A stretch of 64,000 bases of DNA. Origin: Salpingoeca rosetta (taxonomy: Eukaryota; Protista; Choanoflagellata). Below the pieces are notes generated by a model. The model was not told the origin of the DNA and did not search any database. It worked only from the letters and a program-made list of their open reading frames with translations. Shown here piece by piece: positions 21,364 through 48,699 of this stretch. Where the stretch lies: positions 728,987 through 792,986 of the forward strand of contig JAWQFM010000005.1 in the NCBI GenBank assembly GCA_033442325.1, written 5' to 3'. Position 1 is the stretch's first letter; every line of letters starts with the position of its first letter. The position numbers and the translations under genes were made by a program.

Positions 21364-23316
21364 TCACATGTGCTGGCTGCTGGCTGCCGTTGCATCTGCG
21401 GCTGTGCGCTCAGCTGTTGGCGGGGTTGTGGACGTGACGGAGCCAATGGCCTTGAAATAGCCGCTGTGAAGCACAACGCGGCTGCCCACCTGTTGGATGA
21501 ACATGCAGGTGTGCGTTGAGGAGGGACAGAGAGGGAGGGGCGCAAGCGTCAGTGTGTGTGTGTATGTCTATGTATGTGTGTGCATGTGTGTGTGCGCACA
21601 GCAGGAACATTGTGCGTGAAAGTGTGCACCAGCACAACAAAACCCCCGATGACGACCATCATCATCACCGTCATTATCACCACCCACGATGACATGTATT
21701 GCCAGGGATGTACGCACCTCCACGACCTCCGGCTGGTGCTCGAAGCGAACGGTGGCGCAGACAACGGCGCCGTCGTCATCAACCCCGAGGTGCTCAATCA
21801 CGCCACTCTGCCGCACATTCTGCACAAACACAGAGCACTGCAGCGTTGTCGGTTGTGTGTGTGTGTGTGCGTGTGTGTTGATAGTGAGTGTGGGAGTGAG
21901 CAAGAAGTTAAGAAAGCGCAGACAGAAGCAGACGGAAGCAGTCAGCCAGTCACACACACACACACACATACACGTACACATCCACACACACATACACACG
22001 CACACACGCACACATACCGGGAATCCCGTTGTGAGCGTCTGTTTTGCAGGGCAGTCGATGACAAGCAGGTCTGCATCAAACTGCTGGCACGTGGGCGGTA
22101 TCAACTGCTCGTGTGACAGCCACAGAAGTGGTTGGTGGTGTAGGCGTTGCGAGCACGTGCACATTGTGAGGGCGAATGAGCCACAGACGAAGGATGGACA
22201 CGAAGCAAAAGCGAACAGGAAGCAAGGGTGAACAGGAGGCGAAAGGGGGGACGAAGCACAATTACGCAGCGGCAAGCAACACACCTCTTCCTCGCACAGG
22301 ATTTGGCCTCTTCGTATTCTTGCGCCGGAGACGGCAACAGAGGCAACCTGGCCGGCCTATTGTGGTGGCGGCAGCAAAGAGAGAGGTGTTGGTGGACGGT
22401 GGTGGTGACGCAAATCCGGACCACTGCACGACGCATAAACATTCAACACACGCAGACATACACATGTACAAAGACACACGCAGACACACACATAAGACAC
22501 ACAGACAGACACACACACACACATACACAGGCAGATACACACACACATACACACATTTACACACGTACCTTGACACACGAGACGGGGGCGCGGTTGCGGT
22601 GGATGCTGGTGACAGTGACAGGAGCAAAGCTGCCATCAGCCTGCGGGCCGAGCATGAGGCGGTCGTTTGTGCGGACGAGTCCCTGGCGCACCATGCCGGC
22701 AACAACGGCGCCGACGCCAGACACGTTAAACGTGTCCTCCACCAGCATCTTGGCAGGAAGGTGGGACTTGGTCTCGAGACGTATGGAGTTGACGCAGGGA
22801 AGGAGGTTCATGAACTGCGACAGTAGGTTCAAGTTCTTGCCCGTCACGTTTGACACGAAGAAGATGGGCACCACGCTGGTGTCGTCAGCATCGAACAGAG
22901 TAAGTGGAGGGGCAAAGACGTGAGTGCGTGAGTGACAGGAGCACGTGACACAAGCAGCAGCAACAACACAAACAAAAAGAACGAGACGAATGAGACGAAC
23001 GACACAAACGACACGAACAACACAAACAGCACGAACAGCACGAGCGAGACGAACAACAAACAGTGGCGGCTTTTGGACGTCATCACAACTGGCACAGCAG
23101 CAACAGGTGCTACCGCCAGCACCAGCACCACCGCTGACCTGATTCCCTGGTCGCGGGCTGTGAGGAGGTCATCGACGTTCTTGACGGGCTGCGGCACTTT
23201 GTTGCTCCCGGGCGATTTCACCGCAATGCACACCTGCAGCAGGAGGGGGTGGTTGTGATGAGATGGGAGCAAGGGGAAAGACCAGTCAACGCGTACCTTC
23301 CATCATTGCATGTGTG

Positions 23317-23387
<71 letters not shown>

Positions 23388-25323
23388 CGCGATGCGTGGC
23401 AGTGGCTGGAAAAATGTGCACGTACGTCGACGAGCGCGTGCTTGAGCTGGTCCTTGCGGCATTTGTCAATCTTTGTGATGACAACAAACACGGGGATGTT
23501 GAGGGCAAGCGCCATATCCATGTGTCGCTGAGAAAAAAAAAAAAAAGGAAAGACGGACACACGCGGCGTGAGTGGGGAAAGGGGAGGAAGAGGAAGAGGA
23601 GGAGGAGCCAACGAATACAGCACCTGATACAAAGAAGCGCCACGCCACAGAAAGCAACAAACAACAAGAAGGCGTGCACGCAAACTAACATCCCATGCCA
23701 AACTAACATCTCATGCCAAACAAACGAACAAACACGCACATGTGCATCCCACCACCTTTGTCTGGCTGGTCATCCCCCGTGTTGCGCTGACGACAATGCA
23801 GATGTGATCTGGCCCGTGGCGCGCCAGCCCAGACAACGTCGTCTTCTCATACTGCAGATGCACGATCGAGTTGGAGAGGGGGGGGGGAGGGAGAGGGGGT
23901 TGTGACATTGGGGGTGCGAGGTGCAATTTGTATTAACACGCCATCTCACAGACACAGAAACATACCGACACAGACACAGACACGCACACAGGCAGACACA
24001 GACACACGCACAGACACAGACACACACACACGCACAGACACATACAGACACACACACACACACACACACCTTCTCGAGCCCGGGCGAGTCGATGAGATGG
24101 ACAACTTTGGAGGCCTGCGAACAGATGTCCGCAACAGGCTGCGGGTTCAAATCCTTGTCGTAGTTCAGCACATTGCCCTGCCCGTCAAACGCAAGCATCT
24201 CCGTGCTGATGTTGCATGGGTGTGTGTGTGTGTGAGCAACAGGGTGCCGTGTGATGGCTACAAATGAACCAAACAAGCAAGCGGCACCGCTTGCAACATG
24301 TGTCCATCTCTCCTGCCGGCGCGTCTCTCTGTGCGTACACACGGCTCACCTCGTGGAGGCTGTGCGGCCCGTGACAACCTCGTGGCTGTGGCGAAACAGA
24401 TCAAGACGCGCCGATCCGCGGCCATTGTCGGCCTTACCGGACGCAAGACACGCAATCACCGTGCTCTTGCCGCTGCCAGAGTCGCCAAGCACAAACACAC
24501 GCACGTCCACAAACTGCTGGTCCTCGGTGGCCTTGCGCACGTGCACCTCTGCAATCACGCCGTGGCCGTCGAGGCTTGGGCTGCGGCGGAGCAGGGTGAA
24601 CGTGGCGCCAACGCCGTGGGCGATGGTGGCCAGCGTCTCGAGCGATGCCTCCAGGTCGGCAACGCTCAAGCCATGCAGGGAGCCGTCATCACCGACGCCA
24701 ATCTACAACACAGCACAAGCAAGAGCGATGTTGTTGTGTGGGCAGTGCAGTCCGCAGCCATCAATCGTCAGAGACGCTGGCGAAGAAATCATGTAAAGGA
24801 GGCTGCCACTTCATCTTCGCACATGCAGGGATGTGATGTGCCATGATCGCACGAAGAACATCTCACACAAGACAGCACTAGACTCTGCACACAACACGCA
24901 CTCATGTCACACACGCACACACATACACAACAACGTCCGACCTGGTAGATGGCTTCGCCGCCACCCTCAGCAAGTCGCCATTTCATCTGGGTGGTGAGGT
25001 GAACAAGACGCTCAGCGCTTGGATCAATCAGCTTGAGTTTGTACTCGATGTTGCCTTCCTGGGGCTCGCTCGGCAGCACTTGACGCTCCATGACAACCGT
25101 CTGCTTCACGTCCTCCATAAGCGGATGGCGAACTGCCACGAGGGCCGCCATCAGTGAGGTGGGGGAGGAGAGCACAATGGAGGGCTCTGTGCAAGCGCGC
25201 GCACACACAGACACAGACAAACGGACACACAGACAGACACAGACAGACAAACAGACACACACACACACAGACGCACACAAACAGACACACACAGACAGAC
25301 ACACACACACACACAGACAGACA

Positions 25324-25394
<71 letters not shown>

Positions 25395-25464
25395 CTTTGA
25401 GCTCTGTGGCGAGTGCATGGGGCACCACTTGGTGCGAAGATATGGGATCAGGCTCTTGAGTCAT
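21364..25464 (-). CDS. GTPBP2: GTP-binding protein 2/1-like translational GTPase, ~11 exons; 5' end may extend further upstream
   Basis: [42 protein letters not shown]; G1 GDSGSGKST; [23 protein letters not shown]; G4 TKID; [10 protein letters not shown]; SIHRNRAPV; stop at 21364-21366. Confidence 0.88.
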
Positions 25465-26503
25465 TGTGATGGTGTGGGCTCAAAACGAGAGCCGCGCGCA
25501 CACACAGGACCCAACAAAAGGGGGGCAGATACAAATGGATAACACGGGGGTGTGACCAGCTCAACAAAGAAGGATGATCGTCAATGTGGAATCAGTCACT
25601 GTATTATCATTGTGTCGGACGGCTTGAACAAGGTTTGGGGAAAGAGGAGGAGGAGGAGGAGAGGAGATGTCCAAGGTGAAGCACCACGCAGTTGGCAATG
25701 GCGATGGCAGAAGGTGGAAGAAGAACAAGTCGCAGCAGAATGCGGTGTTCGTTCACGCACTCAGGTCCGTTTTGATGTTGCTTTGGGCACAGTGGAGTTG
25801 GTGTATCGTTGTGGTGAACGCTGATGAGAATGAAGATGATGTGGATTGGGGGAGGATGGCAGTGTGGTTGGTGGGGATGGATGTCGTAACAACTAACTCC
25901 CACCTCATCGACCAAAGAAGCAAGAAGCGCGTCGTCAGTTACGACGTTTGACATGAGCGAGCAACTGACGTGGCTCTCGACATGCAGCAGTTGTCATTCA
26001 GCCACGCCCAACAGGAAAACACAAACAAGCAACTTTTATGGTGTTGGGAACGAAAATGTAACAGGGCGGTGGTGGTGGTGGATCTTGTGTCCATCGACAT
26101 TCATGAGTGAGCAGCAGCAGTGTCGCCCTGTTTCGTCGTCGTCTCAACCACACCGCACCACACGGAGGAAGATGATGTAACAGCAGCAGCAACAACAGCA
26201 CAACAACAGCAGCATGGATGGATGGATAACGCAGTGAAAACAACATGCAAGTAACATGCAACAGAACAAGAAGCAAGCACACTCAATCAAGATTGTGACG
26301 CTTGCTTCCTTTCTACACGACAAGCTTGTGCACATGCATGCGTGCGTGCATACAGACAAACAAAACAGAAAGGGGCGCGGGAACAGCAAAGAAAGAAGGA
26401 CCAGAACCATGAAGGAACAGGGAAAGCAACCCCTTCCCCTTCTCTGTCTGTCTGTCTCTGTCTCTCTTTGGCTGGTTGCTTCAGTCAACGAAGGACAGGC
26501 GAG

Positions 26504-34318
<7,815 letters not shown>

Positions 34319-34746
34319 GACGCCGGTCGTTGGTGTGATGTCACAAGGGCCAGGCAGTCAGGCAGGCAGACAAGCAGGCAGCCAGGTAGCCAGGCAGCCA
34401 GTCGGGTGGAGGTGCAGGGGAGGCGAGGGGAAGGCGATCAGACCAAGCTTCCTTCTTCTGGCTTCCTTGTTCGTTGTGTTGGCGTCAATCTTCGTCAGCA
34501 AAACACCAAGCGCACACACTACGCAAGAACGAAAATCGCGCAGTCAGAGAGCAAGAAGCAAGCAAGCAAGCAAGCAAGGACAGCTGCGTGGTTGACGCGA
34601 AGTGTTGTGGTGTGCGTGTGCGTGTGTGTGTCGCGTGTGTGTGTGTCGCGTGTGTGTGTGTCGCGTGTGTGAACACTCGTGCTCGCACAGTCGATCGAAC
34701 GGTGTTTGGTTAGGTGGAGGCAAGTTGAGCACCCGCACGGGCGAGG
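34319..34746. promoter_or_regulatory. Putative bidirectional promoter shared by AROM and chorismate synthase
   Basis: 428 bp between divergent ATGs; contains (GCAA)n at ~34551-34577 and three tandem TCGCGTGTGTGT units at ~34621-34670. Confidence 0.6.
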
Positions 34747-35407
34747 ATGAGCACGTTTGGGAAGTACTTTCGCGTGACGACCTTTGGCGAGTCGCACTGC
34801 AAAGGCGTTGGCTGCATCGTCGATGGGTGAGTTACGGCCGTGACAGTGAACAAAGGCTTGCTGGTGAATGCGAGCACGAGTGTGCATGTGTGCATGTGTG
34901 TATGTGTGCTGTGAACGCTTTGGTGCACGATCAAATACACACACACGTGTACTGTCACACACATGTTCATTCACATACACATACACACATGTACATGCAC
35001 ATACTCACATACACACTGTACAATCACACACACATGCACACACACACATGCACACACACACATGCACACACTACCACGGGATCAAGGGTGCCGCCGCTGC
35101 TGGAGCTGTCGGAGGAGGACATCCAGCCGCAGCTGACACGCCGCCGTCCAGGACAGAGCAAGCTCACCACCCCACGCAACGAGGCAGACAAGGTCTCAAT
35201 CCTCTCTGGCACGGAGTCTGGCCGAACGCTGGGCACGCCAGTTGCGCTGTTCGTGGCAAACAAGGACCAGAAGCCAGGCGACTACAACTCCACGCGGCAT
35301 GCCCCGCGCCCATCGCACGCCGACTACACGTACACAACCAAGTACGGCGTGCATGCGTCCAGTGGTGGCGGTCGTTCCAGCGCACGCGAGACGGTACGAG
35401 GTGATGC

Positions 35408-35451
<44 letters not shown>

Positions 35452-36245
35452 ATGTGTGTGCGCATGTGTGTGTGTGTGTGCTTCTTGAGTGTAACAATGT
35501 TTGATGTGTTGTACGTTTGTTGATTTGGTATATGCGACCGTAACACATTCCTTCACATTCCACATGCATCCCCGCTGTCCCCTTCACCACCACCACCACC
35601 ATCTTCACGACGTCATGTTCGCTGCAGGGATTTGAGATTGGGACTGGCTTTGAGGGCACAAAGCTGCGTGGGTCTGAGCATAACGACGCGTTTGTGAAGA
35701 AAGGCACGTCGCTGGGCACGGAGACCAACAACAGCGGCGGCATTCAGGGTGGCATCAGCAATGGCGAAAGCATCTATTTCCGCGTCGCATTCAAACCTCC
35801 CGCCACCATTGGGCAGGCGCAGACCTCGGCCAACTTCAGCGGCGAGAAGGACGTGGTGGCGGCAAAGGGGCGACACGACCCGTGCGTTGTGCCGCGCGCC
35901 GTGCCCATTGTGGAGAGCATGGCTGCGCTTGTGCTCGCCGACGCCGCGCTTGCACAGTTGGCTCGACAGGGGGCCACGCCACGCCACGCCGGTGTTGGCA
36001 GCAACGATGTCGACGCGCTGTCTGCCGAGGACCTGCGCGTGCGCTACGACCGCGAGCTGCGGCTGAAGGAGCAGTACCAGAAGCGGCTGCAGAAGCGCGT
36101 TGAGGCCGATGCAAGGGCCATCCCCACCAGGTACCTGTATCCTGGGCTGATTGTCGCTGGCGTGTTGGCGGGCGTCTACCTTGGGCGCCGGCTGTTTGGA
36201 GCGCCGAGCTACGCCTCGTCATCAAGCCTCGTGCTCGGCTACTGA
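34747..36245 (+). CDS. ARO2: Chorismate synthase with C-terminal coiled-coil and TM extension; central ~120 aa absent from the assembly; exons 34747-34826, 35087-35393, 35628-36245
   Basis: [104 protein letters not shown]. Confidence 0.93.
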
Positions 36246-36292
36246 CTTTGTGTGTGTATGTATGTATGTGTGTGTGTTTGTTTGTTTGCTTG

Positions 36293-36338
<46 letters not shown>

Positions 36339-36772
36339 GACTCTTGTCAAATTGCTCCTGCTTCTCTGCATCACCTTCTGTTGCTCAAATTGACGTTAGT
36401 GCTTGAGGGCTGTCGCGTTCACTTCAATATCAACTAGTAATGGACCGAAAAGCAAGGCAAACCAAAGGGAGATGCAGGGCTGAAAGAGCCAGAAAGAGAA
36501 GCACACAGGAAGGGGGGCGAGTGCGTGTGTGTTGTTTGTGGTGGGGCAAGCGTGGACAGATGTGGAGACAGAGACACAGAGAGAGGGGGGGGCAGGGGGG
36601 CAAGAGGAGATGCATGCTCGACTGTAACAGAAAACAGGTTGGGCGATAAAGGAAAAGCAGCAAGGGGCACACGATGCAAGACAGAAAAAACACACAAGGA
36701 AGATGCAAACAAACAATAAGACCCACATGTCATTCTTAGATAGTCCCTACAAAGCGACAGAGACAGTATCAC

Positions 36773-36834
<62 letters not shown>
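36773..36834. repeat. (CAT)n trinucleotide microsatellite
   Basis: ~20 copies just 3' of the pseudokinase stop. Confidence 0.9.
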
Positions 36835-36835
<1 letters not shown>

Positions 36836-36838
36836 TGG

Positions 36839-42834
<5,996 letters not shown>

Positions 42835-43534
42835 CACCGACCGGTACGCGTTGCGCCGTCAGGCAAGGTTGAACGCTTGCTTGCTCGCTTGCTTGTGATT
42901 GGGGTACGGTTGTGCGCGGGTGCGTTTGGTGCGTCGTGCGTCACGTCGTGCGCTGCTGTTGATTTGTTGCCCTGCGCGTGAGAGGCACGCACGAGTTTGA
43001 TGTGTGAGTGAGGCAAAGACCCAACAGCTGTTTGCAGACACGTCGGCAGGCAGGCAGGGTGGCAGGCAGGTAGGCAACTTGGCAGGGTGGCGTGCACGGC
43101 TTGCAACCTCCCCTCCACAACCGCGCACCACACCAAACAAGACGAAGACGCAGCCCCACCTTGCTTGTCTTCTTGAGAAACCTGTGGGTGAGATTTTTGT
43201 GAGAAGATATTCGCGATTCGCCACGATTGCCCGCCAACTGCTTGAACGCGTTTGAGCGCCGCCGGCAGCCAGTGAAGACGCTGTGTGTGTGTGCGTCTTC
43301 GTGTTTGTGTGAGAGTGTGTGTGCGCGTGTTTCCGTGTGTGTGTGAGTGTGTGTCAAGCCGAGGCGTGTGCGCGGATTGGCTGTTGTATTGGGTGGGGGA
43401 CTAGCACCGACAAGGACAATAGCAACGACGACGACGACGACAGCGACGGGAAAACGACAACACCGGCTGACACGCCGCACGCACAAAACCACACAAGGCA
43501 CACACGTACAAGCACACGCGCGCGCTGTGCCAGG

Positions 43535-43785
43535 ATGGGAATTCAAGGACTGTTACAGCTGTTGCAGCCTGCAACGCAGGAGATGCACATCAAGGCGTAT
43601 GCGGGAAAGAAAGTGGCCGTTGACTCGTACTGCTGGCTCCATCGTGGCGCATATGGATGTGCGGCAGACCTGGCCATGGGCAAGAAGACTGACCTGTACG
43701 TTTCATATGCCGCGAAGAGGGGCAGGAAGGAGAGCGGGTCAGCGTTGGTAGGGATGGTGGACGTGCAAACACCCAACCCATCTGC

Positions 43786-43847
<62 letters not shown>

Positions 43848-44168
43848 ATGTACATGTGCGTGTATGTGTGTGTGTGTCTCACTCTCTCCTCTACTCCCTC
43901 TCACTCCCTCTCACTCACTCTCACTCACTGTTGTGCTCTTCCCCCCCCCACCCTTTGCACTGCAACTTGCCACAAAAACCGCAGGCACATCCAATATTGC
44001 ATGAAGCGGCTGGCAATGCTACAGCATTACGGCGTGACCCCTGTTGTCGTGTTGGACGGCAGAAACCTTCCCTCAAAGGGCGAAGAAGAGAAACAGCGAA
44101 GAGAGTACGTGAGCAGTCTCCACGTTGCACAGTCGCGGTTTTTACACCCAATCGCCCTGTCGACACGC

Positions 44169-44234
<66 letters not shown>

Positions 44235-44608
44235 GCTGATGGATTGGTTGTTTGCACGTCCACCATCACGTACACACACACTCTCTCTCACAGACACACA
44301 CACACACTCATACACACTCACACACACACACACGTGCTTGTCCTGTCAGATCTCGGAGAAACCATCTAAAGCAAGGAACAGACTTGCTGCGCGCGGGCCA
44401 CCGCTCAAAGGCGCTGGAGCACTTCCAACGCGCCATCGACATTACGCCAGAGATTGGACATGCGCTGGTGCGCGCGTGCAGGGCGGCGGGGATTGAGTGT
44501 GTGGTTGCGCCGTACGAGGCAGATGCGCAGCTGGCGTTTCTGGCCACCAGCAAGTACGTGCACGCGGTCATCACTGAGGACTCTGACCTGCTCGTCTACG
44601 GCTGCCCA

Positions 44609-44653
<45 letters not shown>

Positions 44654-45355
44654 GGAGGGGGATTTACTCGTGCCTTACGTGTTTGTTTATGCATGTTGTT
44701 GTTTGTTGTTGTTGCTGTTGTTTGTTTGTTTGTTTGTTGTTGTTGCTGTTGTTGTTGTTTGTTTGCGTTGTTGTTGTTGCTCTGTTCACTCTTTCGGCTC
44801 TGTTCACTCTTTCGTGCTTGCTTGTATGCATCTCCGCAACCAACCAAACACCACCAACGTCGACTGCCACCAACACTTCAGGGTGCTGTTCAAGATGGAC
44901 GAGTATGGCACTGGCCAGGAGATCCGCATGCAGCGCCTGTGTACGTCCGCTCGTGTCTGTCCTGGTGGTGATGGTGGTGATGGTGGTGATGGTGGTGATG
45001 GTGGTGATAACGGGACTGGTCCGTGTCCAAGTCACGTGTTCAGCGGTGCCGCTCGCCTGCTGTTCTCACTGCTACAGCTGCAGCTGATGATTGACGATAC
45101 TGATCGACGTTTCCTCTCGCCCTCTGTGCGTGTGTACATGTACATGTGTGCAGTTCAAGGGGCACAGATTTCCACCACCATCAACTTCATGAGCTGGACA
45201 CAGCGCCAGTTCCGAAAGGTATGCCAGAGAGAGAGTGTGTGTGTGATGCAACGTGTCGACAAGCAACATGAGCGTTGCAGTGTCGCTTTGCACTCTGCGT
45301 GCAGGAGTGGCGCACCCAAACAACACGTACCGCCACCTCTCACTTGCGCTCACCT

Positions 45356-45405
<50 letters not shown>

Positions 45406-47822
45406 TCGCTCACACACACGCGCGCGCGCTTCAACCTCGCGTGCAGATGTGCATCCTTGCTGGCTGCGATTACCTTCCCTCTCCAACGGGTCTTGGTGTC
45501 AAGACGGCATTCAAGATTGCCAAGATCCACGACAACATCGACAAGGTTGTCATGGTACATGTGTGCATGTTGTGCATGTGCGTGCACATGTGTGTGTGTA
45601 TGTGTGAACTGAACGCGTTGTTGGCATCTCCGCCCCACTTTCACACGTGTGACCTCATCCACACACTCTTGCCACCACCACCACCATGACAGATTGTGCA
45701 GGTGATTGCATCACGCGGTATCCGCGTCCCTGCGGACTATGCAGAAATGTTCCGACGCGCCGAGCTGACGTTTGACCACCAGCCCGTGTATGACCCCGTC
45801 ACCTCCACCGTGCGCCGCCTCACACCGCCGCGCGTCCCAGACCACAGCATCGCCTTTGCTGGCTGGTTCGTGATCGTGTGTGTTTGCGTGTTTGCGTCTG
45901 CGTCTGTGTTTGTCTGTGTGTGTGTTTGCGTCTCTGTGTGTGTGCTTGCGTCTGTGTGTGTTTGTGTCTGTGTGTGTGTGTGTTTGCGTCTGCGTCTGTG
46001 TTTGTCTGTGTGTGTGTTTGCGTCTCTGTGTGTGTGCTTGCGTCTGTGTGTGTTTGTGTCTGTGTGTGTGTGTTTGCGCCTGTGTGTGTGTGTGTGTGTC
46101 TGCGTGTGTGTGTGTGTGTGTTTGCGCCTGTGTGTGTGTGTGTGTGTGTGCTTCTGTCAGTCTGTCGACCTGGATGCCTGCCTGCACTGTGTGTATTTCC
46201 TGTGTTCGATATGCAGAAGGTCGTGTTGTGGTTCTTCACACTATCACAAGCGCCTTGGCTTGCAATGTTGACAGCATGCTGGATGCAGATGTGGCCGTGC
46301 GAATGTGCAAGGGAGAGCTCCACCCCACCACCCTGGTAATGATATGTTAAGCCAAATAGCACCACTATCCCCACCACGCTGTTCGCTCTGCGGGTGCACG
46401 CCGAGTTGATACTCTTCCTTCACCTCACCTGACTTCTGAGACCCGTTTTGCTCCGCCCGACCATGCATGCCCTCACCATCACCACCACGATTACCACCAC
46501 TCATCCGTCCACCCATTCACATCCATGCGCTTCACGCCTCTTTAGGAGCCGTTCCCAGACGAGTCGTCGTCCTCATCATCATCGTCGTCGTCGTCGTCGT
46601 CGTCGTTGTCACGTGCGCGCGTGAATCCAGCCATTCTCCAGCGCGAGAAGCAGGCCAAGCTCGACAGCTTCATCACAGCATCCGCCCGCAGACTCGGCAA
46701 GCACGCCGCCACACCACGTCGCCACGACAGCAGCAACGACGACGACACCACGCAGCAACAGACGAAGGGGGAGGTGGTGGTGGCGGCGAATGATATGGGA
46801 GACGGGAGCACCGCGCCAGGTTTCCACAGGCAGCATACCAAACGGCAGCACCGGCACCGGCAGCAGCACCAGCAGCAGCAATCGAGCCCGATGCACCTTG
46901 ACGATGTGTTTGCTCGTTTTGAGCACACGCCACGCCGCCACCCGCTCACAACCCCATCGCCACCACACCGCCACCACCACCAGCAGCGCGGGTTCCCGCT
47001 GTCGTCTTCGTCATCCAAGTCATCACCGTCACTGCTGGCGTCCCTAACACGGCGCAACAGCCGCCCATCACTGCCATCGTCAGCGTCACCATCATCGTCA
47101 TCATCGTCAGCTCGAACGGCCGCTGCTGCGACGTCGACGACGGGGGCGCTGCTGTCTGCGCACTTTCGTCGCTCGTCATCGTCGTCGCCGTCGTTCCCCT
47201 CCACCACTGTAACAGCGCGGCGCGCACGCCTGTCGCCATCGCCTTACGCTTCACCCTCGTCATCATCATCACAGCCGCAGCAACAGCAGCAGCAGCAGCA
47301 GCCTGCGTACACGTCCCGTGTGTCGGCAGCAGCGCGCAGGTCGTTCCGGCCGCCGGGAGCAACCAAGGGGCGCAGGCCCGCGTCAACCAGCACCTGCACC
47401 GCACGCGACAACGATGGTGGTGGTGGTGTTGAGGATGAGGGTGAGGATGAGAAGCAAAGAATGGGGGTTCGGGGGAGGGCCCGGAAGAGGATTGTTGATG
47501 ATGATGAGGATGACATTGAGGAGGAGGAGGAGGTCGACGCAGAGGGCGAAGGCGCTGGAAAGGAGAACAGCAACCATGCAAACAGCAAGAACACTGCCGA
47601 TGAGATTGAAGATGACGACGGTGACGACGACCACAACGACGATGATGATGACGACGACGACGATGGTGATGTTGCACACGAGGTGACGGATGGGCTTGCG
47701 CCCCCCACGGCTGCGTCCAAGTTCGGGCGGTCGATTTCGTGCTCGTCCATCTCTGTCTCCCGCGAGTCGTCAGCGGTGCGTGACCGCCACCGCCACACGT
47801 GCCCTTCCCCGCTGTCATCGCC

Positions 47823-47853
<31 letters not shown>

Positions 47854-48699
47854 GATGGTGGCGGGCGTGTGTCTGGGGGTGCAGGTTCGCTGCGCCGTGC
47901 CCGCAGCGTTGGTCTCTCTAAGCGGCGCCACAGCACCGACGGCAGGCGGGTCGTCAGCAAGTTCTTCAAGATCCAGAGCGTCAAGACAACAACAACAGCA
48001 GCAGCTGAAGCGATGAGTGCAGACGGTGGAACGACAACAATGACCGTCACCTCCTCGATCACCAGCAGCGCAGGCATGTCGTCATTGTCGTCGCCAGCAT
48101 CATCGTGTGCGGATGTGTTTTCGGGCGCCACGCCGACGTCGACAGCGTCGCCATCGCCATCAATGCACAACAGCCGGCGATCATCACCAACCTCTCCCCC
48201 GCCACTCGTCACGTCATCCTCGTCGTCGTCCTCGTCATCAAGGTCGATTGCGTGTGCAGTGCGCCGCGCGTCTGCACAGCTGGACGCATTTGCACACCGC
48301 CCACGCATGTGCATTGCACAAAACGACGATGATACTAATGCTGGCGACAAGTATCGCAGTGATGGTGGGGTGGGATTGAAGTCAAGCGAGGGCGGGCGCG
48401 AGATGTCAACGCTGGATGACAGTGCTGTTTATATGGACGTGCACACGGCAGCAGTGACACCAACCGCACGCAGCAGCAAGGGCAGCAAGGGCAGCAAGGG
48501 CAGCAGGGCTGGACGGCGGAGACCCATCAACAGCACGAGCGAATGCGAAGGTGACGAAGACGACGACGGTGACGACGAAGAAGCTGGAAATGGCGATGAG
48601 GATGGGGTGTGTGGCATGTACAAGAAGGGCGGCAGTGGTCAAGGTGCGATGGCGGTGTTGGCGGAGCTGGACGGGTTTGCACGGGTCACACGAGGTTGA
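43535..48699 (+). CDS. EXO1: Exonuclease 1 (XPG/Rad2 family) with a long low-complexity C-terminal exon
   Basis: [90 protein letters not shown]; tail has PIP-like QAKLDSF and MIP-like VSKFF. Confidence 0.93.

Noticed and set aside
25607-25954. Possible additional 5' exons of GTPBP2 (MSNVVTDDALLASLVDE)
   Set aside because: Could not build a phase-consistent link to the exon at 25464
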